Source: Kiritimatiellia bacterium
GTDB taxonomy: Bacteria > Verrucomicrobiota > Kiritimatiellia > RFP12 > UBA1067
NCBI GenBank assembly: GCA_045598585.1
Contig: JAZLMG010000047.1
Span: forward strand, 1 to 63,273
DNA length: 63,273 nt
Reading direction: 5' to 3'
Below are positions 1-9,640 of this stretch, in pieces. Below the pieces are notes generated by a model. The model ran no database searches, had not been told where the DNA came from, and saw only the letters and a program-made list of their open reading frames with translations. The number at the start of each line of letters is the position of its first letter. Positions within the stretch are counted from its first letter, which is position 1. A program made the translations under genes and the position numbers.

Positions 1-1125
1 TGGTCAAACGTGCTGACCGAGGCCTCCTACGGCGTGAATCCCGTCGGGCCGAAGATTGCGGATGCGAGTGGGGATTACAGAGTCTACCGCGGCGGCTATT
101 TCAATTCGCCCGCCGAATCTTGCACGCTCTATTGTCGCAGCAAATCGGATTTTCGTGAGCCGTTCCAGGGTTTCCGCCTCGCGCTGCCGCTCGAGGTCGC
201 GGACTTCACGGGCACCCTCGCGAGCGGCTCGGTGAAGGCGACGCTTGTGACCACGCCGACGCTCCTCGCAAACGGCGGCATGATCGAGTTTGCGGACGCG
301 GCGAATTGGAAGAATGGCACCTTGCCGAGTGACGGTGATGATATCATTATTAAGAACACCGCCGGAACGTGGATCATGGTCACAAACTCGCTTTCGCTCG
401 GCGTGATTAAGATTGACGGCTCGGCGACGCCCCAGCTTCGTCTGATGAACGGAGCGAAGCTCTCGCTTCAAAATACCGAAGCTCCGTTTAATTGCAGCGT
501 GAATCTTGCAAGCGTCGGTGCGGAGGTGTCAGTACCCAGTTCGCTTGGCTGGTCTTATGTCGTCTCGGCGATTTTCCCCGGCAATGTCAAAGTTGCGTCA
601 AATGGTGATACGAAGACGTATCATCTTAACACTTCTGTTCCTCCGGGCGGTTCTTCCATTGCCTATGGTAAGACGGCGGAAGAAGCGATGGCATTGGTTG
701 AGATTAGTATCGCCGATAAGGCGGCCGCTGATGCAGGTCAGGCAGAGGTCGTGAAGAAAGTCGCAGTCCCCGATTCGACATATGGCGAGAATCTATGGAA
801 GGTCACGCTCGCGATCGACGAAGAGAAAATGCCCGAAGGCAAGAAGCTCGCCGATTCCGTCGCTGCGTTCGTCTCGAGTAAGAACGGCATGACCGCGATT
901 GCCGGCGCGACCGAAGCGAAGACGATTGCGATTCCTTGCGCGTCGCTGACGAGCGGACTTTACTACTCGCTCCTGTACTCCTCGGCTCTGAACTTCGCTT
1001 CGCCTGTGGAAACGCCGCGCGCGCTTGCTGACGGACAGCACGACGTCTCGCTCACCGTCGACCCTGCCGCCGACCCCTCCGCCCCGCGCTTCTTCAAGCT
1101 GAAGGCAAGTCTCCTCAAGGAATGA
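1..1125 (+). CDS. 3' part of a large exported protein with an FGE-sulfatase/SUMF1-like domain and a C-terminal 'RFFKL' domain (5' end outside window)
   Basis: Frame open from base 1; RVYRGGYF...GFRLAL matches the end of FGE-sulfatase domains; ends GLYYSLLYS...PRFFKLKAS. Confidence 0.6.
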   Translation, partial: WSNVLTEASYGVNPVGPKIADASGDYRVYRGGYFNSPAESCTLYCRSKSDFREPFQGFRLALPLEVADFTGTLASGSVKATLVTTPTLLANGGMIEFADAANWKNGTLPSDGDDIIIKNTAGTWIMVTNSLSLGVIKIDGSATPQLRLMNGAKLSLQNTEAPFNCSVNLASVGAEVSVPSSLGWSYVVSAIFPGNVKVASNGDTKTYHLNTSVPPGGSSIAYGKTAEEAMALVEISIADKAAADAGQAEVVKKVAVPDSTYGENLWKVTLAIDEEKMPEGKKLADSVAAFVSSKNGMTAIAGATEAKTIAIPCASLTSGLYYSLLYSSALNFASPVETPRALADGQHDVSLTVDPAADPSAPRFFKLKASLLKE

Positions 1126-1158
1126 TGAAAAAGGAATTGTTAATCCTGTCCAAAGAAA

Positions 1159-1210
1159 TTGTGCACTACACTGCATAATTATCTGTGAATTTGTGCAGTG
1201 TATTGCACAA
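1159..1210. promoter_or_regulatory. Pair of palindromic operator-like sites TTGTGCA-N6-TGCA(C/T)AA
   Basis: ttgtgca-ctacac-tgcataa at 1159-1178 and ttgtgca-gtgtat-tgcacaa at 1191-1210; together also an imperfect inverted repeat. Confidence 0.5.
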
Positions 1211-1257
1211 GATTGTAGTTGCTTCTGCCGCGAATGAGTGGAAATATGATATAATAG

Positions 1258-1286
1258 TGTAACCTTCTCTGAACTTGTGCGTATAC
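1258..1286 (+). promoter_or_regulatory. ECF-type promoter, copy 1
   Basis: TGTAACC-N15-CGTATAC, 19 bp before the chaperone ATG at 1306. Confidence 0.8.
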
Positions 1287-1305
1287 AAGGCAAAGGAACA
1301 AAACG

Positions 1306-1707
1306 ATGGATAATTTTCTTAACAGCTTAAAGAGTCAGCTCCCCGAGGCGGCGAGCTTGGAGAACGAGCGCATCATTCCGCTCGGGACGAGCGCCGGCGA
1401 AATCCTTTTCATCCTCCCCGAGAACGATCCCGAGACGGTAATCGCTCGCGCGACGGTCGGCTCGCTCGAAGGCGTAAAGGAGCGTGGCGAATTCATGAAG
1501 TCCGCCTTGAACGCGAATCTCTTCTGGGGCGCGACGAATGGCGCGACCCTCTCGATCGGAGAAGAAGATACGCTCGTTCTTTCGCGTCACTACGAAGACG
1601 CTCAGTTCGAAGTCGAGACGGCGCTCGGCGACGAAGTCGAAGCTTTCGCCGCGGCCCTTGATACTTGGAAAAAGCGTCTTGAACTCGCAGGAGGTAAGCT
1701 CGTATGA
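1306..1707 (+). CDS. CesT/SycE-family (class I) type III secretion chaperone
   Basis: 133 aa, acidic, ALNANLFWGATNGATLSI motif, C-terminal amphipathic helix ending in W. Confidence 0.8.
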   Translation: MDNFLNSLKSQLPEAASLENERIIPLGTSAGEILFILPENDPETVIARATVGSLEGVKERGEFMKSALNANLFWGATNGATLSIGEEDTLVLSRHYEDAQFEVETALGDEVEAFAAALDTWKKRLELAGGKLV

Positions 1708-2171
1708 ACAACGCTATCGAACAATTCCGCGCGGTTTTAGCCGAGTTTTCCGCCGCGAGCGGCGTTAAGGCCGAGCTCGAAGAAGACAATTCCGTTTTCA
1801 TCAAGGCGGGCGAAGATATGCTCGTGCTTAATTATCTCCCGAAATCGGAGCAGGTAGTTGCCTGGGCCTCGGTCGGCTTTTTGGGTCAGGACGAGAAGAG
1901 CGACAAGCGTCTCGAGCTCTTACTCAAGTGGAACGACGACCCGAAGAAGACCGAGGGCTTCTCTTTCGCGTTCAATCCGGAAGAAGATCGCGTCCTTCTT
2001 CACGATCGTCGCAGCGTCCTCTTCCTCGACTCGGGCGACAAGCTCGCGACTTGGCTCGGCATTATGCTCGATGTTATCGAGAATGTTCGCAAGGCCTTCG
2101 ACGAAGAATTGCCTTTCGACGCTCAGGAAGAAGTCGACTTCAAGATTGAAGCCGCTATCGGGGAGGAGTGA
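1704..2171 (+). CDS. CesT-like type III secretion chaperone
   Basis: 155 aa, acidic, LLLKWN...GFSFAFNP pattern; overlaps both neighbours (ATGA/GTGA). Confidence 0.65.
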   Translation: MNNAIEQFRAVLAEFSAASGVKAELEEDNSVFIKAGEDMLVLNYLPKSEQVVAWASVGFLGQDEKSDKRLELLLKWNDDPKKTEGFSFAFNPEEDRVLLHDRRSVLFLDSGDKLATWLGIMLDVIENVRKAFDEELPFDAQEEVDFKIEAAIGEE

Positions 2172-2173
2172 AA

Positions 2174-5100
2174 ATGGACGGGCTTTCCTCAACTCACCTC
2201 GGCACGCGCTTCTGGATAACTTCCGATACGGAAGGCGTTAAGAAGCTCGGCAAAGTCGAGAACGCTCCCACCGAGAAGGTGGAGCTCAAGAAGATCACGG
2301 CTAAAAGCGAGCGTATTTTCTCGCTCGCTCAAGACGGCATCTCGGGACGCTTCTCGAACGTCCTCAATTCGGCGAAACTTTTCGGCGAACGCATAAACGC
2401 GTATCGTTGCCAAAATCTCGAAACGCTCAAGATTTGTCTTGCCGGTACGGAAGATGAGTTCAATCAGCTCGATACTATCGAGAACTACGATAACTTTTTC
2501 ACTCGTCGTCTCGACGCGATGGTGGATAAGATTGGCAAAATCAACGGCGTCGGGGAAAATTTCGGTAGCGCCGAAATCGTGCAGCTTATTCACATAATGT
2601 GCGACACCAAGGACTTCGCCGCCTTTGCCGCCGAATATGAGGGCGGTCTTCCTGACGCTAGGGAGCGCGAAAATTACATCGCGTCGCTTATGAACGCGAC
2701 GGCGGGCGCGCTTAAGCTCATTAAGGAGCACAAGCTTACGGCCGGCTCGATCCTCGAACTCGATAAAGGGCGCATTTATGACCTTTCACGCGAGTACGAT
2801 ATGTACGAGGTCGCGTACAAGGCGTATAAGATGGTTGCTCACGAGGTCGACATGCCTTATTTCGACGTCGGGGACGGTTCGGCGAAAACGCTTAAGAACA
2901 AACTTCGCGATATCAAGACCAAGCTCGAAACGAAATTGGTTCAGAATTTTAATGATATCAATCAGGATGTGCGCGAAGCGCTCCGCTCCACGATCAATCA
3001 GATAAAGTGCTGTCTCAATCGCGGCTTCAAGATTCGCAATGAAGATCGATTCTATGCCGACGCTCATAAGGTCTTGGATCCCTTGATGGCGAAGTGCGGC
3101 AAGCGCTCGGTCGATGTCAAGATTCGCGCTTCCGGCAGCTTCGGAGTTTTGGCGGATCTCGCGAAAGTCGAAGTCGCGGGAAGCTATACGTATCAGACCA
3201 CGATTGAGAAAACGCTCGATGGCTATAAGCTCACGGTCAATCACAAAGGTTCGATCGACGGCTCGCTTTCGGCAAAGGCCGGCTTCGCATCCGGCGATAA
3301 GACCGGAAAGCCTGAGGGCGAGAAGGTTCAAGGTCTTCAGGCGAAGGTCGGCGGGAACATCGATGTCGGCGGCGGCACTTCGAAAGTCTTCGCGACGCTG
3401 GACGATCTCATTGCCGAACTCGGGGATAATGCCGAGATCGTTTGCGCCGGTAAGAAGTCGCTCGGTATCTTGGGCGGAATCGGTCGCGCCGTCCGCGGCG
3501 CTTGGCGTAAGTTCTGGTATGGTAGGACGAAGGACAGCGAATTCGATGCGCGTAAGTGCCTCTCGGATTTGAAGAAAGTCAATGCTCTCAATAAGCTCGA
3601 TGACGTCGTTTCGCGTCGTGAAGTCGGTCTTAAGATCAGTTCTCGTTCGAGCTTGAAGCTTGGCGGCGGGATTAACGCTTCTCTCTCGGCTAATTTCGGT
3701 CTTTCGCGTGGGAAGGGCTCGGATGACAAATACGATGACGTTCGCCTCGTGGACGCGAATATCTCCGGCTCGGGCAGTATCGCGTTCGAAACCAATGTCG
3801 TACAGGAGAACTATCGCTCGATCACCAAGCAAATGATGCTTCGTTCGGACAGCGGTCTTCGAGAAAAACTCGACGACAATACCGAATACAACCGGGTCAT
3901 AAACATGGATGCCGACGAGGCCATCGACGCACTTAAATCGCTTCAAGCGGACTTGTTGAAGGCCGAAGACGCGGCGACCGAGAAGGGTGATGACCGCAAG
4001 CGAAATTTCGTGTCGGAGTGGACCAAATTGGCCGCCAAGGCCGAAATCTTGATGCGGAAAATACCTACCGATACTCAGGATAAAACGGTCAACGAAAAGA
4101 ATCTTGCAATCAAGGCGCTTATCGTCGATCGTCTCGATCATCCTCGACTTCATGAAGGCGAGGAGATATTGAATGAGCTTAATGCGAGAGCGAGCACCGG
4201 AAAAACCGGCACGCGCACTTATACCGTCCAGCTCGATCTTTCTTATGACGTCGGTAGCGGGGCGAATGAGTTTGTCGATGATAAGCTTAAACTTCCCGAT
4301 GGCCTTGGGAAAACGGCTGCCGATGGGGCGCTCAAGCTTGGCGCGGAGTCGATCAAAGCGGGCTTCAATCAAATTTCGCCGCTTCCCGCGAAGATGCATT
4401 TCGGCGTTACAGGCACGCTCACGACCCTCAATGACGACAATCCCGCGCTTCCTTGGGATGGAATCGAGGTTATGAACATGTCGGTCAAATTCTCGCCGAA
4501 CATGCCGCTTCAGAAGGTGATCGAAAAGCTCTATGAAGCGAATACGAAGATTTGCGCGAAGGCGAAGAACGAGAATAACGGCAAAGAGCTCAAAATTGCC
4601 GCGAAGGATAAGTTCGTCAACGATCTTCTCTCCAATCTCGGCGTTACCGCAACCGATTCGGTCCTCGGCACTGCGATCGGCAAGCTTTTGAAGGACAAGG
4701 CGCTCGATCCTAAGGCCGCCGCGGCATTCTCGATCGACAACGAAGTATCGCTTTCGCTTACCTATCACGACGGAGTACTCGTTTCGTTTGGCCAGTCGAG
4801 AAGCGAGACGACCGCTTCTTCGATCGGCGGCGAAGTCACGGTTCCGCTTTTCGGCGCGGATGTCACGGTCGGGCTTAAGTGCTCCGAGTCGATTACCGAG
4901 AGCGTTTCGACGCGCTTCAGAGTCGGCGCGATGCCGATCGACAGCGTGCTCGCGAATATCTCGAAATATTCGGGTCTTACTTGCCGCGAACTTACCAAGA
5001 ACTATTTGAGTTCGAATAAGGCGAGCGCGTTACGTCTCTTGAAGGAAGTGCTCGATTCGGTAAGAGCGCAACGGGAAGAACAGGTGGGGCTTAATGTCCT

Positions 5101-5347
5101 CACGACGAGCAAGCTTCGTTTGGATACCGTCAAGCGATATCTGAGGGATAAGGCGAATTCGACCAATTCCTACTTCGAACGCGTGCGGGATTTGTTCAAT
5201 TTGGCACTTAACAAGCTCGAGAACCTCGTGAATAACCGATATCAAGACACCGATCCTCGGCAGCTTGATGATAACTTAATTAACACACTCGCCGATTACT
5301 TGATCGCGGTTAACCAAGTCTACACCTACAAAAAGGAACACGCATAA
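2174..5347 (+). CDS. Putative type III effector (~1057 aa) with Gly-rich beta-strand segments
   Basis: Long ORF with GGAGG RBS, no Sec signal, flanked by three CesT-type chaperones, downstream of an ECF motif. Confidence 0.65.
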   Translation: MDGLSSTHLGTRFWITSDTEGVKKLGKVENAPTEKVELKKITAKSERIFSLAQDGISGRFSNVLNSAKLFGERINAYRCQNLETLKICLAGTEDEFNQLDTIENYDNFFTRRLDAMVDKIGKINGVGENFGSAEIVQLIHIMCDTKDFAAFAAEYEGGLPDARERENYIASLMNATAGALKLIKEHKLTAGSILELDKGRIYDLSREYDMYEVAYKAYKMVAHEVDMPYFDVGDGSAKTLKNKLRDIKTKLETKLVQNFNDINQDVREALRSTINQIKCCLNRGFKIRNEDRFYADAHKVLDPLMAKCGKRSVDVKIRASGSFGVLADLAKVEVAGSYTYQTTIEKTLDGYKLTVNHKGSIDGSLSAKAGFASGDKTGKPEGEKVQGLQAKVGGNIDVGGGTSKVFATLDDLIAELGDNAEIVCAGKKSLGILGGIGRAVRGAWRKFWYGRTKDSEFDARKCLSDLKKVNALNKLDDVVSRREVGLKISSRSSLKLGGGINASLSANFGLSRGKGSDDKYDDVRLVDANISGSGSIAFETNVVQENYRSITKQMMLRSDSGLREKLDDNTEYNRVINMDADEAIDALKSLQADLLKAEDAATEKGDDRKRNFVSEWTKLAAKAEILMRKIPTDTQDKTVNEKNLAIKALIVDRLDHPRLHEGEEILNELNARASTGKTGTRTYTVQLDLSYDVGSGANEFVDDKLKLPDGLGKTAADGALKLGAESIKAGFNQISPLPAKMHFGVTGTLTTLNDDNPALPWDGIEVMNMSVKFSPNMPLQKVIEKLYEANTKICAKAKNENNGKELKIAAKDKFVNDLLSNLGVTATDSVLGTAIGKLLKDKALDPKAAAAFSIDNEVSLSLTYHDGVLVSFGQSRSETTASSIGGEVTVPLFGADVTVGLKCSESITESVSTRFRVGAMPIDSVLANISKYSGLTCRELTKNYLSSNKASALRLLKEVLDSVRAQREEQVGLNVLTTSKLRLDTVKRYLRDKANSTNSYFERVRDLFNLALNKLENLVNNRYQDTDPRQLDDNLINTLADYLIAVNQVYTYKKEHA

Positions 5348-5808
5348 TGATGTTCAAAGAACTAATTGAGGGCCTGGGCGAGAAGATGGGCGTCATGGGC
5401 GAAATCGAAATCGACGATGAGGGTCGTTCGCTTCTCGAGTTCGATGGGATGGGCGTCGTTTTGCAGGGCGTCGACGAGGTGAACAAGTTGACGCTTTTGT
5501 CTCCCGTCGGACTGCCTCCGCCCGAAGATCCGGCGCGGCTTTATAAGACGCTTCTTGAGGCGAACTATCTCTTCGAGGGGACGGGCGGCGCGACCTTGTC
5601 GATTAATCCCGACGGAGGTGGGGTAATGCTCGTCAAGTGCCTCGATACTCGCGCCCTAACGGTCGAGGATTTGATGGACGCGCTCGACAAGTTCCTCGAT
5701 TCGCTGATCGCTTGGCGCGATTTTGTTAGCGAATATCGTGAACTCCCGCCGGAAGAAAAATCCTCGGACGAAGAGAATTTCTGTAACCTTACCGCCTTTC
5801 GCGCGTAA
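5347..5808 (+). CDS. CesT/SycE-family type III secretion chaperone
   Basis: 153 aa, acidic, LLEANYLFEGTGGATLSINP motif. Confidence 0.85.
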   Translation: MMFKELIEGLGEKMGVMGEIEIDDEGRSLLEFDGMGVVLQGVDEVNKLTLLSPVGLPPPEDPARLYKTLLEANYLFEGTGGATLSINPDGGGVMLVKCLDTRALTVEDLMDALDKFLDSLIAWRDFVSEYRELPPEEKSSDEENFCNLTAFRA

Positions 5809-5810
5809 TC
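5782..5810 (+). promoter_or_regulatory. ECF-type promoter, copy 2 (variant -10), inside the 3' end of the chaperone gene
   Basis: TGTAACC-N15-CGTAATC followed by AAGG, upstream of the ORF at 5858. Confidence 0.65.
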
Positions 5811-5857
5811 AAGGTGAAAACAAACTGAACTAAAACAGTACAGAAAGGAATTTAGCC

Positions 5858-7378
5858 ATGGAAAGTGCGAATAATGATTTTTACAGCTTCGCTAGCCAGG
5901 TGCAACCAAACCAAGGACCTTTGCCGCAATATAATCTGAAAGACCAGTTTAATTACTCGCTCTCGTCAGCAGTTGGGGAGCTTACCGAAGTCGCGGCGAT
6001 GGCTTACGGAAGCGGTATTTTCGAAGGTGCCGGTGGCGGTAAAGGACATATCGGGCTTTTGAATGGTAAGGTGATTAAGTTCAATACGCACAGTAACGAA
6101 CGCGATGCCGTCGAAAAAATGGGTGCGCAAGGTGAGGCTTATGCGAAGATGTTGGAAGCCAGCGATAAATTGAGAATTTCCCTCGTCAATTCGCTTAACG
6201 CGGTCCTTTTTGCTACAAAGGGAGGTAGGTTTAAAGATGAGAAAACCTCGCAGTCCCATATTATATCTAAAGTGGCGGAACATTTAGGTCTTAAGACCAA
6301 GACGGATAATGGAAACGTATCGTTTGCCAGTAATAACGTCGAAAACGTTATGCAAGAAAATCGAGGCTTGCTGACTCGAACTGCGGCGGCAAAAGTAGTG
6401 ACACTCGTCAGAGACTTTTTAAGGCAGCATTATCCGGATCAGCAGACATTGTACAAGGCCAATAAAAGCAATGATCGTTATGGTAGTGGTCATTTCCAGA
6501 TTTGGCGAAATGTCACGAAGATGAAGGATAAACTTTCGTCGAAGTCGATAAAGACCGACTTTGCGTACGTTAGTGCAATGTCCGAAGCTTTTAAGGCGGT
6601 AGACGAATTCAAGAAAAAAACGGATGTAGTGAGGGATATACGTGCTGCCGGTAATGACGTGATGAAGGAAGCGTTGGCTTCCTCTAAAATTCATTTGGAT
6701 TACGAAAACGGCTTCAATAATCCACCCAAAGTAATAATCAACAATAAAGATAAGTTCGCTGCCGCGCATGCCGATCAGGCAAATGGTATTTGTCGATATT
6801 TCCAGACAAAAGCGATGGTGAATGCGATGGATAAAATGTTTGCTGAATTCATGGCAAAGAGTGGGTCGGCACGTGAAATCGAAGCGGCCTTCGGTAAGAC
6901 GCCGTTTACGACTTCCTTCAATTCCATCATGGCTACGATTTCCAAAAAGGAACTGAAGAAGGGAATTGATGCGTACATTAAGGGACATGAAATGCCTCAG
7001 GATGTCGCGAGGTCAGCGCTGAATGCGGTTTTCAAGACAGATGAGGATATCGTTGCAAAGGCGGAGAAATATCCATTAACTTTCCTCGAGTTTTCTCCGA
7101 ATAGAAATCGCGTTTTCGTTTCGCTCGTAAGAGATAAAATCCTGGAAATGATTGCGCCTCGGGACAATGAAATTTTGCGAGATGATACGGGGAAGGAAAA
7201 CGGAATCTCCAGCACGATTCTTTTGGCCAAAGATTTCTTAAATCAATGTGCAAATATGTTGAGCGTTAAGGCGGATAATGACTTGCTTATTATCAAAGAT
7301 CCCCATGGCGGACAGACAAATAAGCTTTGCTTCAATCCCGCTGAAGTGCGCATCTTCAACGAGCAGTTTTACACCTGA
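5858..7378 (+). CDS. Putative type III effector (506 aa)
   Basis: Follows a chaperone and an ECF motif; S/N/Q-rich N-terminus; visibly more AT-rich than the T3SS core; no recognised family. Confidence 0.6.
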   Translation: MESANNDFYSFASQVQPNQGPLPQYNLKDQFNYSLSSAVGELTEVAAMAYGSGIFEGAGGGKGHIGLLNGKVIKFNTHSNERDAVEKMGAQGEAYAKMLEASDKLRISLVNSLNAVLFATKGGRFKDEKTSQSHIISKVAEHLGLKTKTDNGNVSFASNNVENVMQENRGLLTRTAAAKVVTLVRDFLRQHYPDQQTLYKANKSNDRYGSGHFQIWRNVTKMKDKLSSKSIKTDFAYVSAMSEAFKAVDEFKKKTDVVRDIRAAGNDVMKEALASSKIHLDYENGFNNPPKVIINNKDKFAAAHADQANGICRYFQTKAMVNAMDKMFAEFMAKSGSAREIEAAFGKTPFTTSFNSIMATISKKELKKGIDAYIKGHEMPQDVARSALNAVFKTDEDIVAKAEKYPLTFLEFSPNRNRVFVSLVRDKILEMIAPRDNEILRDDTGKENGISSTILLAKDFLNQCANMLSVKADNDLLIIKDPHGGQTNKLCFNPAEVRIFNEQFYT

Positions 7379-7392
7379 TTCAGTAAGTTGAC

Positions 7393-8211
7393 GTGATAGA
7401 CATTGAGCGGTATCTCAAACGAATCGGGTATGTGGGCGGTAAAACGCCCACTGCCGATAATCTTGCCGCGCTTATAAAGGCGCATCGCCGCGCGGTGCCG
7501 TATGAGACGCTGGAGCTTTGGCGCGGCGAAAGTTTTGAGATATCGACCGAGGCGATCTATAAAAGAATAGTCGAGGAAGGGCGCGGCGGATATTGCTTCG
7601 AGCTGAATGGACTTTTCGCGGCGCTTTTGCGCGAACTCGGCTACGAAGTCGAAGAATATGCCGGGCGCTGGTTCTATCGAAACGACACGAAACTCGAAGT
7701 GCCGCGTTTTTGCCACCGCGTCATTTGTGTTCGAGTCGAAGGCCAGGTCAAAATCGTCGATGTCGGGCTCGGCTACCCGATTCTCCCGAAACCCCTCGAC
7801 TTAAAGCTTAATCTTCCGCAAACTCAAGATGGTATCGTTTACCGCATTGTTAAGAATCCGCGCTTGGGGCTTGTGATCGAGATGATGCTCTCCGGCGCTT
7901 GGACGAAACTTTGCTCGTTCTTCACCGCGCCCCAAGAGCCGACGGATTTCGACTATCCTCATTGGTGGTGCGAGACGAGCCCCGAAAGCGCTTTCCGCCG
8001 CGCTCTTCTCGTCTTCAAGTATGGCGAGGAGGGGAATTATATGGCGATCAGAGCGAAGTCGTACCCGAAAGCGGAGGAAAAGCTCGAGGCCAACTATTTC
8101 GAGGGGAATATCAAAGGTGGCGAGACGCGAACTCCGATTCCCGACCTCGAGACGCTCAATAAGCTCCTCGCCGAAAAGTTCGGGATAAATTCTCTATTGC
8201 GTTTGAGGTGA
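7393..8211 (+). CDS. Arylamine N-acetyltransferase family protein
   Basis: IERYLKRIG, HRRAVPYETL, RGGYCFELNGLF (catalytic Cys), HRVICV (His), VDVG (Asp). Confidence 0.92.
   Translation: MIDIERYLKRIGYVGGKTPTADNLAALIKAHRRAVPYETLELWRGESFEISTEAIYKRIVEEGRGGYCFELNGLFAALLRELGYEVEEYAGRWFYRNDTKLEVPRFCHRVICVRVEGQVKIVDVGLGYPILPKPLDLKLNLPQTQDGIVYRIVKNPRLGLVIEMMLSGAWTKLCSFFTAPQEPTDFDYPHWWCETSPESAFRRALLVFKYGEEGNYMAIRAKSYPKAEEKLEANYFEGNIKGGETRTPIPDLETLNKLLAEKFGINSLLRLR
8163..8190 (+). repeat. 28-bp direct repeat, copy 1
   Basis: GCTCCTCGCCGAAAAGTTCGGGATAAAT, identical to 11274-11301. Confidence 0.9.
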
Positions 8212-8226
8212 GGAATATGGTATAAT
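8197..8226 (+). promoter_or_regulatory. Housekeeping sigma70-type promoter (TTGCGT-N18-TATAAT, extended TG)
   Basis: ttgcgt...atatggtataat; very similar promoter at 55263-55292; TGnTATAAT recurs before many genes. Confidence 0.65.
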
Positions 8227-8270
8227 TATCCATGTTGGCAAATTTGGAATTGAAATCGAAAAAAGTCAAT

Positions 8271-9536
8271 ATGGCAAATTACATTCCTCGCTTTATGGAA
8301 CGGCTTCTGAAAAAAGCCGTAGAAACGTGCAATGTAGTCCTTATAACCGGACCTCGACAAGTCGGTAAATCGACTATGCTTGCTCATGAACTTCCGTCTC
8401 GTCGCTATGTCACGCTAGACGATCCTTTCGTTGAGGAGCAAGCGCGTCAGGACTCTCGCACTTTTATTCAGCTTAATTCGCCGCCGGTGACTATAGACGA
8501 AGTGCAACATGCTCCGATTCTTTTTCGTTTCATCAAGCAGGCGGTTGATGAGAATCGTGCGGAAAAAGGCCTTTATTGCCTTTCCGGCTCTCAGCCTTAT
8601 CAGCTTATGGAGGGCGTAAGTGAGTCGCTTTCCGGTAGAGTACGCATCCTTGAGATGAGTGGTTTGTCCTTGCGCGAAATAATGCGGGATGACTTTTATG
8701 AGCGAATGCTTCCAACTGATGAATATCTCATGAGACGAGCTAAATCTGCAAAAGATCCCGGCTCGATTTGGCAAATTATCCACCGCGGCAGTTATCCCGA
8801 ACTTCAAGATCCGAATATGGATTGGAGCGCATATTATGCCGACTATGTAAAGACATATCTCGAGCGTGATGTACGCAGCTTGAAAGCCGTGCATGATTTG
8901 ACCACATTTCGTCAATTCATGGTAGCCGTGGCCTCTCGCACCGCGCAAGTTATCAATTACTCGAATATTGCCGATGAAGTAGGTAAGGATGTCGGTACAA
9001 TTAAGAGTTGGGTATCGATATTGGAGACATCGGGGATTATCTATCTTCTCAATCCCTATGCTTCAAGCGAACTCAAGCGGGCGATTCGTGCACCGAAATT
9101 GCATTTTCGTGATATGGGGTTAGTCGCATATTTGACGCGTTGGCTTAGCCCGGAAGCACTGGCCTGCGGAGCTATGGCGGGCGCGGTGTTCGAGAGTTTT
9201 GTAGTTTCCGAGATTCTCAAGAGCTTTTCCAATGCCGGAAAGGAGTATCGAGATTTCGTGTCTTATTATCGCGGACGTGACAAGAAGAAGGTGAAACGCG
9301 ATGGAGTGGAAACGGAAGTGGAGTGCGAAATCGATTTGGTGATAGAAGAGAATGGTGTTCTTTATCCTATAGAGGTAAAGAAAGATTCCGCACCTAAAGC
9401 CAATGATGCGGAGGCGTTTGTTGTTTTGGATAAGGTCAAAGGGAAGACGCGGGGACAAGGCGCTATTATCTGCAATTCGGCCACCCCCTTACATCTACGG
9501 GAAAATCTTCTCGCTCTCCCGGTTTGGTATATATAG
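8271..9536 (+). CDS. AAA_14 ATPase with DUF4143 (C-terminal PD-(D/E)xK-like) domain
   Basis: GPRQVGKST, IDEVQ, ESLSGR, YLERDV, EIDLV...PIEVK; start could be 8232. Confidence 0.9.
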   Translation: MANYIPRFMERLLKKAVETCNVVLITGPRQVGKSTMLAHELPSRRYVTLDDPFVEEQARQDSRTFIQLNSPPVTIDEVQHAPILFRFIKQAVDENRAEKGLYCLSGSQPYQLMEGVSESLSGRVRILEMSGLSLREIMRDDFYERMLPTDEYLMRRAKSAKDPGSIWQIIHRGSYPELQDPNMDWSAYYADYVKTYLERDVRSLKAVHDLTTFRQFMVAVASRTAQVINYSNIADEVGKDVGTIKSWVSILETSGIIYLLNPYASSELKRAIRAPKLHFRDMGLVAYLTRWLSPEALACGAMAGAVFESFVVSEILKSFSNAGKEYRDFVSYYRGRDKKKVKRDGVETEVECEIDLVIEENGVLYPIEVKKDSAPKANDAEAFVVLDKVKGKTRGQGAIICNSATPLHLRENLLALPVWYI

Positions 9537-9571
9537 TTATTGCCTACCACCGGCGGCGGATAAAGAAAAGT

Positions 9572-9600
9572 TGTAACCTTTCGAAAGTTAGTGCGTATAC
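9572..9600 (+). promoter_or_regulatory. ECF-type promoter, copy 3
   Basis: TGTAACC-N15-CGTATAC; nested with GTGCGT-N18-TATAAT (9591-9620). Confidence 0.8.
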
Positions 9601-9640
9601 AAGGCAAAATATGATATAATATCACTAAAGGGGAAAAGCT

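Noticed and set aside
7393-8211. NAT as an acetyltransferase effector
   Set aside because: Ordinary full-length NAT with no N-terminal secretion extension; only adjacency supports it
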